From sequence record OR757434.1: a DNA stretch of 64,000 nucleotides; one strand, 5' to 3'. The position numbers were made by a program, and so were the translations under genes. Source of the DNA: Escherichia phage vB-EcoP-XT18. The number at the start of each line of letters is the position of its first letter. The first letter of the stretch is position 1. The notes beneath the pieces are model-generated. The model worked only from the letters and a program-made list of their open reading frames with translations. It did not search any database and had not been told where the DNA came from. Shown in pieces: positions 30,012 to 40,572 of the stretch.

Positions 30012-30794
30012 TTACTTAACACCAATGCTAGCCAAACGTCTGAGCACTGCTTGTGTTTGTGGACTGTACTGAGAACCTGCTGCATGAGGTGTACTCACTC
30101 TCTGAACTGTTTGAGAAGTAGGAGGTTTACCAGCAAGCATAGCAGCTACTCCTAATACTGCATTACCAAAGTTCTGTTGAGGCTTCTGGTCTTCACCTTC
30201 CTGTACTTCATCAGAGTAAAACTCTACCGGATTACCACCTAAAGCACCTGTCTTAGAAGCAGAAATCTCTGCCTGAGTTGGAGCTTGTGCAGCCTTCTCT
30301 CTATTTAGATTTTCTGGATTAAACTGGTTGACCGGTTGGACAGCTTGCAAAGCTCCAATAGGGTTAGCAATCTGAGAAGCTGCATCACCATAGAAAGGGA
30401 GAAAATGTTTGTTGTTCATTGAATCAAGAGCCTGAGGGGTAAACCCTCTTTTACCAGCGAACATCTGCTTAGCACCACCTATACCTTCTGAATAACCAAC
30501 CATTGCTTTCTTAACATCACCATTAAAAGCCTTTAAGTTATCTCTAATATAACGAGCACCCATGTCAATATTTTTTGCTGGGTCCAGTCTATCTTCCAGC
30601 TTATATCCATAGTCTTTAGCCAACCCTTTACTGATCTGCATTAAACCTACAGGACCAGTTCCAGAGGCCACTTTAGGACGTCCACTAGACTCTCTTTGGA
30701 TTACAGCATGAATCAAAGCAGCTGGTATTCCATACTTCTTTGAAGCCTGTTGAACCATTGGGTCTAGTTCTTCAATACCCATTTTAATTGCCAT
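30012..30794 (-). CDS. virion-associated lytic transglycosylase (SLT domain)
   Basis: ESSGRP...GLMQI resembles the SLT catalytic motif. Confidence 0.65.
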   Translation of the reverse strand: MAIKMGIEELDPMVQQASKKYGIPAALIHAVIQRESSGRPKVASGTGPVGLMQISKGLAKDYGYKLEDRLDPAKNIDMGARYIRDNLKAFNGDVKKAMVGYSEGIGGAKQMFAGKRGFTPQALDSMNNKHFLPFYGDAASQIANPIGALQAVQPVNQFNPENLNREKAAQAPTQAEISASKTGALGGNPVEFYSDEVQEGEDQKPQQNFGNAVLGVAAMLAGKPPTSQTVQRVSTPHAAGSQYSPQTQAVLRRLASIGVK

Positions 30795-30806
30795 AATATC
30801 TCCTTG

Positions 30807-31838
30807 TTATAGTCCAGCAAAAACCTTAGCTGCATTCATTACAGGAACTGATAGATTAACTACAGTGTCAGCTCCTAGGTCGTAATTTTGATCCCACTGA
30901 AATAGGTATCTTCCATAGCCAGTTCCTATGCTAGAGCCGCTCATTGTGTGAGATCTCATTTGCTGATATCTCCATCCACTACCTTGGCCTTTTATTGCAC
31001 CTATTCCAGAAGTAAGAGGTATCATAGGATACGACATTCCAGTGTTACCACCACCTGAACCTATAAAAGTATCTACAGTGAAAGGTGTTCTGTTAGTAGA
31101 GAAGACGCACTGAGTGGTGCCCGGAGAGTAGATATTCAAACCCCCGTTATGCTCAGGAACGCCAGCTCCGTTGCAGAATACGGCAATCCTCACAAAGACG
31201 GACCCTCCTTCATTAGTGTTTCCGTTGACATAAGGCCTATTCTGATAGACTCGAATAATCCTGTCATCAGATGTGTAAGATAAACCAACCCCTCCATCAG
31301 ACCAATTAGCAAATACAACAGCATTGGTCATATTGAACCCACCAATATTTGGTATCTGAAGGGAGTTGTTTATGGTCCCCTGCCAAGCCCAAATACATTG
31401 ACCAACAACCCCACTATCCGATATTGAGAAGTAGTCTGCTGTATTGGAAAAGGTAATTCCATAATTCCTATCCGCTCTAGGCCATATTTGGTATACGTTG
31501 AACCCACAGTCGAACAGAGGGTTACTACCTGGGTTCTGATTCAGAGTGACTCTAAAAGAGGAGTTGTTTTCTACGTAGATATCATTCACACAATAAACAT
31601 CAGGAACTAGGTTAGGAGGGACTTCCCATTGCCAGCATAAAGAACCAGTAGGAACAATAACTATCTGACCACTGCCATCCCACCCACTAATAGGGAAAGA
31701 CCTCCCTGCCCCGTTAAAGTTAAAACTTCCTCTTATACTATTCTTGAACTGAGGGAAAGTACTTCCACTGTCTATGAAAAGAGGGGCTGGTGTAGCTGGT
31801 CCCGGCCCTACCGGTTGTGTCCAAATTCCATATGCCAT
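30807..31838 (-). CDS. structural protein
   Basis: ORF in the late operon. Confidence 0.4.
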   Translation of the reverse strand: MAYGIWTQPVGPGPATPAPLFIDSGSTFPQFKNSIRGSFNFNGAGRSFPISGWDGSGQIVIVPTGSLCWQWEVPPNLVPDVYCVNDIYVENNSSFRVTLNQNPGSNPLFDCGFNVYQIWPRADRNYGITFSNTADYFSISDSGVVGQCIWAWQGTINNSLQIPNIGGFNMTNAVVFANWSDGGVGLSYTSDDRIIRVYQNRPYVNGNTNEGGSVFVRIAVFCNGAGVPEHNGGLNIYSPGTTQCVFSTNRTPFTVDTFIGSGGGNTGMSYPMIPLTSGIGAIKGQGSGWRYQQMRSHTMSGSSIGTGYGRYLFQWDQNYDLGADTVVNLSVPVMNAAKVFAGL

Positions 31839-31839
31839 A

Positions 31840-32808
31840 TCACCAACTCCCTATCCTAATTCTCAGAGCACCACTTCCATCATAGAAGTCTATCCTGTTT
31901 CCATTCATCCATAATTGTGCCCCACCTGTGCCACCCATAACGAAATCACCTCCAACAGTAAACCTCCAGTTAGTACCTGACATTGTACCAGCAGTTATTT
32001 TATCAGCAGACAAACTTTGAATCTGAGCATTGGTGATTGATACGTTGGTAATCTGCCCCCACTCAATAGTAGCAGTTGCAATTTGAGCAGAGGTGATAAC
32101 TACGTTAGTGATATCAGCAAACTCCATAACAGCTCTACCGTTCTCAACTCTGAATGGGGTACTTCCTGACGTGCCATCAGATACCACAAACTTATCAGCT
32201 GTTACTTGGAACTGGCTTATAGTGCCATTGTTTGTTAGCTTTACCCCTGCTGTCTTGCCGTTTACTGTGGAATTAACACCCCAAGTAGCCTCATACTCGG
32301 TGAGCTTCATATACTGAGATGCACTTCCTGTGCCATTAGTGAGATCAGATTGAATAAGAGCTATCTCTTGTCCTTGGTCGTTAACAATCCCTTCGACAGT
32401 TTGGATAGATGCTGTATTTCCTTCTATAGACGTTTTGATACCGGACACAGTTGAATCCAGCTTGACAGGAGGACTAACAGAATTATCCCAAATGTCATCA
32501 GTGGATAGATTACCCATTTGTGTTATGATATCTGCAATGGCAGTCTCAATCTCTGTAGTAACACGGTTCTCTAGTTCATCGAATTGTAAATTCATAGCAT
32601 GAAGAGCTTTAATACGAACATCAATCTCCTCATGGATTTCATCTATAGCTTGGAACATTTGATTAGTTGCAGTACTGATATTCTGGAGTTCATCATATAT
32701 TGCAACGTTGTTAGTTTCTACACTCTCAGAGGTGTTTAGAAAACCCACACTATAAGGTTGTGTTGTGTTGTTTCTTCCGGTATTCTTACGAAAGCCACCA
32801 GCACCCAT
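31840..32808 (-). CDS. tail-fibre-like structural protein
   Basis: ORF in the late operon; C-terminal Thr/Gly-rich repeats. Confidence 0.4.
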   Translation of the reverse strand: MGAGGFRKNTGRNNTTQPYSVGFLNTSESVETNNVAIYDELQNISTATNQMFQAIDEIHEEIDVRIKALHAMNLQFDELENRVTTEIETAIADIITQMGNLSTDDIWDNSVSPPVKLDSTVSGIKTSIEGNTASIQTVEGIVNDQGQEIALIQSDLTNGTGSASQYMKLTEYEATWGVNSTVNGKTAGVKLTNNGTISQFQVTADKFVVSDGTSGSTPFRVENGRAVMEFADITNVVITSAQIATATIEWGQITNVSITNAQIQSLSADKITAGTMSGTNWRFTVGGDFVMGGTGGAQLWMNGNRIDFYDGSGALRIRIGSW

Positions 32809-32820
32809 ATAACCTCCTTC

Positions 32821-32852
32821 TTATAAACAAGAAAAGGGAGCACGAAGCTCCC
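32821..32852 (-). terminator. rho-independent terminator (minus strand)
   Basis: GGGAGC-UUCGU-GCUCCC then UUUUCUUGUUU on the minus strand. Confidence 0.55.
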
Positions 32853-32858
32853 TTAGTA

Positions 32859-35816
32859 TTATCTTCGCCCGCCAACAGCAAATTCAATAGTTAGGCCATT
32901 GATAGCTGCATTACTGTTAACATCATTATCTATAACATTATAGAATAGATACGGATGGTTCAGTCGGACACCTACATGTCTGTCCACACCAATCGTATAA
33001 GACTTTTCACTGTGAATATGTCTATCTTCCTGATCAGAATACTGACTACCGCCAGCTTGGAATATATAGGTACCTGACCCTGTTACTTGTGGACGGAATC
33101 GGTTTATGTGCTTCTGATTCCATTCGTTAGTTACATTGTCAAAATCTATACCAGTTCTTTCCAGTTTCATCTCTAAAGGCTTCCTGACAACAATATCATT
33201 CAACCTATCGAATGAGTAGTCATAAGGACCTACATCCACTTGGTAAAAGCCTTTCATCCAAGAACCTACTACAGTGACTCTCTGACGGAAGTTAGTAGAA
33301 TCCTTTCTCCACACAAGTTCACTGATTGAAGGGTCATCCCAAGTATACTCTTGGAAATCCACCCAAGTAGGACCTTTCTCTAGAGTTGGAGGATCAACTA
33401 AACCGATACAATGAGAGAATGGGATTGTACGGAAAGACCATGTATCAAACTCATAGTTCCATACAGCGGCTTTAGTACAAGCAAAACTCCCAGCAGGCTC
33501 TCCGGGTCCAACATAGAGAATCCACACTTCCTTCTTATCTTGATGTAAGTGAACCTTAGTGGCTAAAGGGTTTACTAAACAGATTTCGTTGATAAGCATG
33601 TTCTTGACCCTGTTGGATGCAATAGATTTCTTAGTTGCACCATTGTGTAGAATAACATCATTCTGAGTAACAACAAAGTGACTGCTCTCAACTTCAACCA
33701 CACACTCAGGAGCTAAGATTCCAGAATCGTTGAAGAGCTTCTTGAACATTAGTGGTTGATATGTGTTGTTAGTTGGGGATCCGATGTAAGTCTCAAACTC
33801 TGTGTAGATAAATAAGTAATCCTTAAGAGGAAGAATCTCAACTAAACTACCGTTTGAGTCAGCTAAATCTATATACCCAGCATATCCATTTTCCAGAGCC
33901 TCAGTCTGACCTACAACGTTTGCCGCTAAGTCTGAAGTCACATATCTATCGTAAGCAAAATCATCCCATAAAGTAGGTGCCTTATTCTCATTAGCGTAAT
34001 TAGACCAGCGAAGGCGAAGAGGATAGTGAGTGGTAACCCCTGATGCATTAGACTCTCGCATATTAAGAGCAAATAGGCGATTATTAAATGCACGAATCCT
34101 TTCGCACTTCCAGTTATATTTTACAACAGATGGGTTTCCGTTAGCATCAACTATCGTCTGCTCCCCCCACCCCGGAAGATCTGTGAAGTACTCAGAGGCA
34201 AACTCTTTTACTTGAGGGGTTTCGTAGTGAGTGGTGAATACTGCGCAGTTAGAAATAATCGTATTGTACCAAGGATATTCCTCAAACGCTTCATAGTCTC
34301 TACGAGCTACCTGACTAGCAGTACAGGTTATCTTCACTTTGCCAGTCTTAATAGCAGTTAAGGTAAAGGAAGGCCCAGTAGTGGAAGTAGAGGATACATA
34401 TCCCGGCTGATCTACCACCCAATTATAAAGATAGTCTCCTTCAGGGAATGCCGTTGCAGTTATTACTAATTCATCTCCAACATCAATTTCAGTATCCACA
34501 ATGTCAAGAGTTAAAGTTTCAAGTTGAGCTGACCTTGACATAACTGCATTTAAAGAATAGGCTTCGACTCCATCAACCATAGAATAGTCATAAAAAGGGT
34601 TGCCCTCTGACATAGCCGAAGTGTCGATACCTGAATCCGTAGAACTCGGTTCTTCAGGAGGAGCTGATGCAGCAGCAAAAAGGGTTCTACTTGACAGCTC
34701 AACTCTAACACTACAGGTAGCTGTCCTCTCACCTTCTTCCGTAGTTGCTGTTATAACTGTGAACCCAGCTGTGAGTCCAGAGATAGTACCTTGAAGACCT
34801 GTTCCAGAAACAGTAGCAATATTTGGATTAGAGGAGGTCCAAGTTATTTTCTGATTTGCAGCATTTGATGGGATTAAACTAGCATACAAGACATATGACG
34901 CCCCACGGTTAATTTGTAAATCTGTTTGACTCAAAGATATACTGTCAATTTGATTAATAACACTAACAGAACATTCTGAGGTCTTAGACCCATTGCTTGC
35001 AGTTATTAGTGCATTACCTACTCCTTGAGCGGATAAAACTGCTGTAGTAGTATCACCGTTAGGAGCTACAGAAATAATGGCTGGGTTAGAAGAAGTCCAT
35101 GTTAGAGGGGTCTTACTGGATGTTGCTGTAAGTGTGGTTGTTCCGCCTTTACGGAGTTGGACAGAGTCCCGGTTAAGGAAGATACCAGAATCAGAATCAA
35201 CAACCCTTACGGAGATGCTGGCAGTCACAGAATCATCTTCATTAGAGACAGTGACAGTAAAGCTGCCCTCATTAGATAAGACACTCAATGTAGCTTTCTT
35301 ACTATCATCAGGATCAACTAGTATTGAACCATAAGAAGGATTACTAACCTCCCACACAAGAGATGGTGTAGTAACACCCTCCGGAAGAAGAGATACCTCA
35401 AGAGTCTTGCTTTCATTAAAATTCATAATGACAGACGTTTCTTTAGGGATGATCTCCGTTAGTACAGGATTTATCTTAACATAAGACACAGCTTTTTTGG
35501 TGACTGTAGCCACTCTTCGACTAACATCAATCATAGATTCGTTGTTCAGTCTAAAAATACTCTTATCTGTACCTACCAGCAAGAAGCTATTGTTAGCGCT
35601 AAAGTAGTCAAAAGGCATTGAAGCGAATGATAATGGTTTTATTTCTTTATCACTCTCAACGTAAGAAAGAGGGGCAGAGCCCCCCGTTTTAAACACACGC
35701 TGTTCTACAAACCGAGCATTGATTGCATTAGTGAATGCATTAGGAGCCAGATCTGTAGGAGATTGGTCGGCAATAACACCAACCGCACCCAAAGATTTTA
35801 TTGGGTAGAGAGCCAT
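32859..35816 (-). CDS. large structural protein with three Big_2-like Ig domains
   Basis: repeats of the form ITWTSSNP..ATV......G...ITA typical of bacterial Ig-like group 2 domains. Confidence 0.5.
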   Translation of the reverse strand: MALYPIKSLGAVGVIADQSPTDLAPNAFTNAINARFVEQRVFKTGGSAPLSYVESDKEIKPLSFASMPFDYFSANNSFLLVGTDKSIFRLNNESMIDVSRRVATVTKKAVSYVKINPVLTEIIPKETSVIMNFNESKTLEVSLLPEGVTTPSLVWEVSNPSYGSILVDPDDSKKATLSVLSNEGSFTVTVSNEDDSVTASISVRVVDSDSGIFLNRDSVQLRKGGTTTLTATSSKTPLTWTSSNPAIISVAPNGDTTTAVLSAQGVGNALITASNGSKTSECSVSVINQIDSISLSQTDLQINRGASYVLYASLIPSNAANQKITWTSSNPNIATVSGTGLQGTISGLTAGFTVITATTEEGERTATCSVRVELSSRTLFAAASAPPEEPSSTDSGIDTSAMSEGNPFYDYSMVDGVEAYSLNAVMSRSAQLETLTLDIVDTEIDVGDELVITATAFPEGDYLYNWVVDQPGYVSSTSTTGPSFTLTAIKTGKVKITCTASQVARRDYEAFEEYPWYNTIISNCAVFTTHYETPQVKEFASEYFTDLPGWGEQTIVDANGNPSVVKYNWKCERIRAFNNRLFALNMRESNASGVTTHYPLRLRWSNYANENKAPTLWDDFAYDRYVTSDLAANVVGQTEALENGYAGYIDLADSNGSLVEILPLKDYLFIYTEFETYIGSPTNNTYQPLMFKKLFNDSGILAPECVVEVESSHFVVTQNDVILHNGATKKSIASNRVKNMLINEICLVNPLATKVHLHQDKKEVWILYVGPGEPAGSFACTKAAVWNYEFDTWSFRTIPFSHCIGLVDPPTLEKGPTWVDFQEYTWDDPSISELVWRKDSTNFRQRVTVVGSWMKGFYQVDVGPYDYSFDRLNDIVVRKPLEMKLERTGIDFDNVTNEWNQKHINRFRPQVTGSGTYIFQAGGSQYSDQEDRHIHSEKSYTIGVDRHVGVRLNHPYLFYNVIDNDVNSNAAINGLTIEFAVGGRR

Positions 35817-35825
35817 ACTTCCTCC

Positions 35826-36629
35826 TTAACTAATACGTCTCCAGATATATGCTGCACGGAAAGGTGGTAGCGTATTTATAGGTTGACGAGATACGTCATC
35901 ATAGCCAAATGTTGCATTGCCAGTGATAGAGTGGGTGTGGGTATCAGAACTTGTTACAGCAGAATATCCACTACCTGGACTGTACCAGTTAGGTGAGCTA
36001 TTATGACCACTTGCATCTCCACGTCCAAATGATGTAGTGTGTGAGTGTGTATAGTTAGAAAGAGAAAAACTTGAACCAGAGATTGTAGTCAATGGCAGGT
36101 TCTCTGTCTTAACTGTGTTGTAAACACGACCACCTGTAGCACCAGCAGTAAACTCCACACGCTGAGCATTAGGGACTGTCCCATCAGGGTTCACAACCCC
36201 AGCACCCATGATAACACCAGTAACTGCTGTCCAGATACCAAACCCTAAAGATGTAGAATCTCCAGGGTTAATATCTTCCTCAGTGATGTAATAAGACCCA
36301 ACCCTGTAAATCTTATTCTGCATCCAGTTGAGCATAAAAGATTCCATTTGAGCTTTGGTGGTAAAGTCGCTATTACCAGTACCTGCTGTACCGTTCTTAA
36401 TCATCAGACCACCAACATCCATATAGTCACCAGCAAAAGAGATCTTGTCAGAGATGGCGGCTAGTGTATCAGAATCTACTGTCATAGGCTCAGTTAAGTT
36501 GGGGAATGTGTTCTGTAATACTTGCTTAACTAGGCGCAGCTGGGCTGCACCTTCATAGATATAATCTCTATCACGAGGATAGAGAGGGTTTAAGTCGGTA
36601 ACTACTACCGCATTAGTTTCAATAGCCAA
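35826..36629 (-). CDS. tail-fibre-like structural protein
   Basis: ORF in the late operon; Gly/Ser/Thr-rich C-terminus. Confidence 0.4.
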   Translation of the reverse strand: MAIETNAVVVTDLNPLYPRDRDYIYEGAAQLRLVKQVLQNTFPNLTEPMTVDSDTLAAISDKISFAGDYMDVGGLMIKNGTAGTGNSDFTTKAQMESFMLNWMQNKIYRVGSYYITEEDINPGDSTSLGFGIWTAVTGVIMGAGVVNPDGTVPNAQRVEFTAGATGGRVYNTVKTENLPLTTISGSSFSLSNYTHSHTTSFGRGDASGHNSSPNWYSPGSGYSAVTSSDTHTHSITGNATFGYDDVSRQPINTLPPFRAAYIWRRIS

Positions 36630-36641
36630 GAGGCACCTCCA

Positions 36642-37133
36642 TTAATATTTACCTTCGGTATAAAGATCAGCTTCTGCAACCCTTCTGTTATGAAGACCCT
36701 GACTTCTCTGCTTCACTCCCTTGACCGTTATCTTATCCCAACGAAGAAATTCAGAATATACATCCCCTTTAACGTCTCCATTGATAACCTTCCTTAACTT
36801 AGATGTGCTCAAAGCCCCACTACCAACATTAAAGTTGAAAGAGGTGAGTGCATCAAACTCATGAACTAGCAAAGGAACCTTTATGTTCTTCTGAGTAGCA
36901 CGAACAGAGTCTTGTGTGTCTCTATCTAGCAGAGCTAGACAATCCTCTATAGAATACGTTAATCCTTGTCTAACCGGATAACCATTCATATCGCGCGTAG
37001 CCCCTACACATATCGTCCAGATACCTGCGGAATCTTTATAAGCCTTAGTTCTCATACCCTCATGCTTCATGATAAATTCAATTCCAGCTGGGCTTAAGTT
37101 TAATTGTACAGGTGGCAATGCGGCGTTATCCAT
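36642..37133 (-). CDS. lysozyme (T4 lysozyme-like, GH24)
   Basis: FIMKHEGMRTKAYKDSAGIWTICVG matches the GH24 catalytic region. Confidence 0.75.
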   Translation of the reverse strand: MDNAALPPVQLNLSPAGIEFIMKHEGMRTKAYKDSAGIWTICVGATRDMNGYPVRQGLTYSIEDCLALLDRDTQDSVRATQKNIKVPLLVHEFDALTSFNFNVGSGALSTSKLRKVINGDVKGDVYSEFLRWDKITVKGVKQRSQGLHNRRVAEADLYTEGKY

Positions 37134-37162
37134 TTCTAACCTCCTTTTGTAGTCCCTTTAGA

Positions 37163-37381
37163 TTAAGGTAATATCTTTCTCAGAGCGTTAGATTCAGCAT
37201 CAGGACAAATAACAACTAAGTTATTTTGAATTATTCTCTGCTTACATTGAGAACTAAGTTTCTCTACTGGAGCAGGGATATTTACTAATGGGTGAACTGC
37301 ACCTACAGGAACTGCGGTCGACACCACAACACCTGCACCTAAACACACCAAACCATATGCAGCTTGTTTCATCATTTTCAT
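37163..37381 (-). CDS. small membrane protein, possible holin
   Basis: single 23-aa hydrophobic segment; directly upstream of the lysozyme. Confidence 0.3.
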   Translation of the reverse strand: MKMMKQAAYGLVCLGAGVVVSTAVPVGAVHPLVNIPAPVEKLSSQCKQRIIQNNLVVICPDAESNALRKILP

Positions 37382-37496
37382 TTAAGTGTCTCCTATATAT
37401 TAACCTCTTGAGATATATTAGTTTCATTACCCATCAAGAAAAGGTACTGCTAAAAATTCTTGATGGGCTGTTCTTATCACATATAGAGTATCAAGA

Positions 37497-39569
37497 TCAT
37501 ATCAATCCATAGATGATGTTGTGAAGAACACACCCCCCAACTGCGCCACCTATGTTGAAATTAATTTCAGCCTTACTGGACCCTGGAGGAACTGAATCAA
37601 TAACAGCATAGAAACTGAACGAGTTGTTACTAGGTATGTAATATCCAATAGACTCAGAAACTGCATTACCTGCTGAATCTAGAAACCTAATAGATGCTAG
37701 TGTAGTGGTTGTATTCTTAGCCCAAAAACCAAACTGAAAGTATCTTCCGGGATGACACTCACTCACTGATTGGGTGAAGTTTGCCGAGCTAGTCGTATCT
37801 GGGACACCAAAAGAGAATGATGTGTTAAACATAGGAGACGAACTCGGAACATCATTGGGTTGAGAAACTGACACTACCCCTGATCCTGTTTGACTAAATG
37901 TCCAGTTAGATGTATTTAAGAATTGCCCGGAACCATTACTAAGACTATTAATGTAAGGGCTTACAATAGATCCAAGATCCCACCTACTTAAGACAAAACC
38001 AGCTCTAGGGTAACATCCGTTAGACACAACTCTCTTACTATCACCGCCGATGAGTTGGCGAGTAGGGAAACCAGTGGCTAGAGTATTGTTGCCATACAGA
38101 GGTAGAGAGCAGTTTGTCAGAGAAACAAAACCATCCCCATTACTTACTATAGGGACAGAACTAAAACCTACAGGGACCAAAATTGTCGAATCTTTTATGC
38201 TCAATCTCGAACTACCATTAACAGAAAAAGAAACAAAAGACTGATCCGGTTGATACTCAATGTTCCCATTAGAAAAAACAACTGTGGCGTTGTCTGTCAT
38301 TATAATGGTTGGGTCAAAATATCCAGACTTTTTCCCAGCAGGAAGTGAACACGTATCAAAGATGAATTGTCCATTCTCAAAAGTAAAAGGTCCTCCGTTA
38401 TCCACGCACCAGCAGTGATTGAACTTTATAACTTCTCCAGAGTTCGCTCTTGATTTAAAAACAACCGTGTCCGTAAAGCTTCTACTTATTGCACATTTGT
38501 CAAAAAGGATCCTATATGAATTATCAAGGAATTCAAGACCAGCTGTTGAGATAAAACCACAATTTTCTATCCGAACTTCCGACACCTCCCCACTATCAGT
38601 CCCTCCAATTACAACCTTTCTGGCACCTAGACCAACAAAGGACACTCCTGATATCTTAGCTGTTGAAGAAATCGAATCTCTAAGCCCATAATCTGTGTTT
38701 GAATTTATAATCTTCAAGAAATATTGACCTGTTGCTCCAGCCCCTTCCTGAAGCTTACAATTATTATAGCCTATCAAGGCTCCTTTAGAAACGTCAATAG
38801 CTATCTCAGATAATACGGATCCAGAAGTTGGAACTATACAATCGTAACCAGAGGAGTTCACTTTGTTGATATAAACAGCAATATCCCCGCTGCCAGTGTA
38901 GCCTGCATCAAACACAGAAGCTTCTCCAGAGAATAGCAACCTCTTCCATTTTACAGAAACTCCACTGAAAACCACCACCCCATCAGCTGTTTCTGAATTG
39001 TCTATTGCTACAAACACACCCCCTCCCATATTAGCCCCTTCGACATAAGATCTTACAAAGACTTTGTCACCTACAGAAGCTCCCTCTAAGGTCTGAAGTT
39101 GTTCAATAGAGGGGAGATCTCCAATAAGATTAAACCCTGTAGGCAGGCCTAGTTCTTGAGAGACCACATTAGATACCTGACCTAATGCCACTGCTTCGTC
39201 ACTCTCAACGGCGTTTGGTATACGTATAGGTTGAGAAAAAGTTACCTTATTTGTCATCGAAGTAATATCTGAGTTAGCCCCACTCTTAGCCGCAACCAGT
39301 GCGAGCCTTGCCGTGTCCGGAGAAGAGGCTCCTGTACCACCTTTCGAAATAGGAACAATATTTTCTACAGAAACATCACCTAATCCTAAATTAGATCTAG
39401 CAATAGTAGTATTAATTGCTCCTGTACCACCTTTCGAAATAGGAACAATATTTTCTACAGAAACATCACCTAATCCTAAATTAGATCTAGCAATAGTAGT
39501 ATTAATTGCTCCTGTACCACCTTTCGAAATAGGAACAGGCTCCTGTACCACCTTTCGAAATAGGAACAA
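37497..39569 (-). CDS. tail fibre, C-terminal portion (gene appears split by a frameshift in the repeat array)
   Basis: begins with identical 30-aa tail-fibre repeats (SKGGTGAINTTIARSNLGLG); overlaps the upstream ORF by 68 nt. Confidence 0.6.
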   Translation of the reverse strand: MFLFRKVVQEPVPISKGGTGAINTTIARSNLGLGDVSVENIVPISKGGTGAINTTIARSNLGLGDVSVENIVPISKGGTGASSPDTARLALVAAKSGANSDITSMTNKVTFSQPIRIPNAVESDEAVALGQVSNVVSQELGLPTGFNLIGDLPSIEQLQTLEGASVGDKVFVRSYVEGANMGGGVFVAIDNSETADGVVVFSGVSVKWKRLLFSGEASVFDAGYTGSGDIAVYINKVNSSGYDCIVPTSGSVLSEIAIDVSKGALIGYNNCKLQEGAGATGQYFLKIINSNTDYGLRDSISSTAKISGVSFVGLGARKVVIGGTDSGEVSEVRIENCGFISTAGLEFLDNSYRILFDKCAISRSFTDTVVFKSRANSGEVIKFNHCWCVDNGGPFTFENGQFIFDTCSLPAGKKSGYFDPTIIMTDNATVVFSNGNIEYQPDQSFVSFSVNGSSRLSIKDSTILVPVGFSSVPIVSNGDGFVSLTNCSLPLYGNNTLATGFPTRQLIGGDSKRVVSNGCYPRAGFVLSRWDLGSIVSPYINSLSNGSGQFLNTSNWTFSQTGSGVVSVSQPNDVPSSSPMFNTSFSFGVPDTTSSANFTQSVSECHPGRYFQFGFWAKNTTTTLASIRFLDSAGNAVSESIGYYIPSNNSFSFYAVIDSVPPGSSKAEINFNIGGAVGGCVLHNIIYGLI

Positions 39570-39701
39570 TATTTTCTACAGAAACATCACCTAATCCTAA
39601 ATTAGATCTAGCAATAGTAGTATTAATTGCTCCTGTACCACCTTTCGAAATAGGAACAATATTTTCTACAGAAACATCACCTAATCCTAAATTAGATCTA
39701 G
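39328..39701 (-). repeat. perfect 90-bp tandem repeat array (about 4 full units plus a 31-nt partial unit) inside the tail-fibre gene
   Basis: units at 39328, 39418, 39539 and 39629; truncated 30-nt unit plus one G at 39508-39538. Confidence 0.85.
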
Positions 39702-40563
39702 ACCCCTCTGCCGTGGAAGAACCCGTACCGCCTTGGAGCAGAGAGAGAGGTGTGGTTAGACCTGAGAGGGAGGTAATATCTGAGTTAGAGCCACTCTTAG
39801 CTGCACCGGTAATCTGCTCAACAGTATAGTCTCCGGCCTGCGGTGATACAACACCTGTCCGTGAGTTAAAACTGGAAACCACCTGTAAAGAAACTTCTCC
39901 TGTTTGAGCAACACCTCCATTAAGAGATACTGACCGAACAGAGGGGATTAGATTAGCAATGTCAACCATTGAGGTTCTATACAGCCCACCAGAGTCCTTA
40001 TCTACGAAAAAACCATAATCATCCGACACAGGAATACCAACAGGAGTTTCCCCAATGTCTGAAATTGTACCATCTGTTCCGTCACGACCCGGCTTCCCTT
40101 CTGGAATACCAAAAGAGAATACACCAGTTGTATTGTCATAGGAACCCGTTGCCAAACTACCTGGGGGTAGTAGCGTCGTCTGTACCGTCATATTAGAAAT
40201 AATATCAAGCTGTTCTAGGACTTGCTGCGTTGCTTCTCTTGAAAGATCTGTAGCTGCATTTGTATTGTCAATAGCCTGTCCCGTAGACTGAATAAGACCT
40301 AGAAGAGTCTGATTCTGTGCTTCAAAGTCTTCTTTAAGTTGCTTAATGTCAGACTCTAGCAGGAACCCTTGAGCGTATAGACGTTCTACCTCAGCAAGAA
40401 TCTCATCTACTGAAGAATATTTAGTCTGGGATAACAGCGCCCAATATTTAGCATCAGCTGCATACTCAGCCGCTGATTTATAAGCACCAATTGATCCTTC
40501 TGTAGCACCAAATTGGCCTACATTATTCACCGCTGTAGGTGCTGAATTGTTGTAACTGATCAT
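39502..40563 (-). CDS. tail fibre, N-terminal portion (ends 20 codons after the partial repeat)
   Basis: same 30-aa repeats at the C-terminus; reading frame leaves the repeat frame at 39538. Confidence 0.6.
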   Translation of the reverse strand: MISYNNSAPTAVNNVGQFGATEGSIGAYKSAAEYAADAKYWALLSQTKYSSVDEILAEVERLYAQGFLLESDIKQLKEDFEAQNQTLLGLIQSTGQAIDNTNAATDLSREATQQVLEQLDIISNMTVQTTLLPPGSLATGSYDNTTGVFSFGIPEGKPGRDGTDGTISDIGETPVGIPVSDDYGFFVDKDSGGLYRTSMVDIANLIPSVRSVSLNGGVAQTGEVSLQVVSSFNSRTGVVSPQAGDYTVEQITGAAKSGSNSDITSLSGLTTPLSLLQGGTGSSTAEGSRSNLGLGDVSVENIVPISKGGTGAINTTIARSNLGLGDVSVENIVPISKGGTGACSYFERWYRSN

Positions 40564-40572
40564 ATTATCTCC

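Noticed and set aside
39328-39701. Possible CRISPR array suggested by perfect direct repeats
   Set aside because: Units are contiguous 90-bp repeats with no unique spacers and lie inside a tail-fibre coding frame; no cas genes are present.
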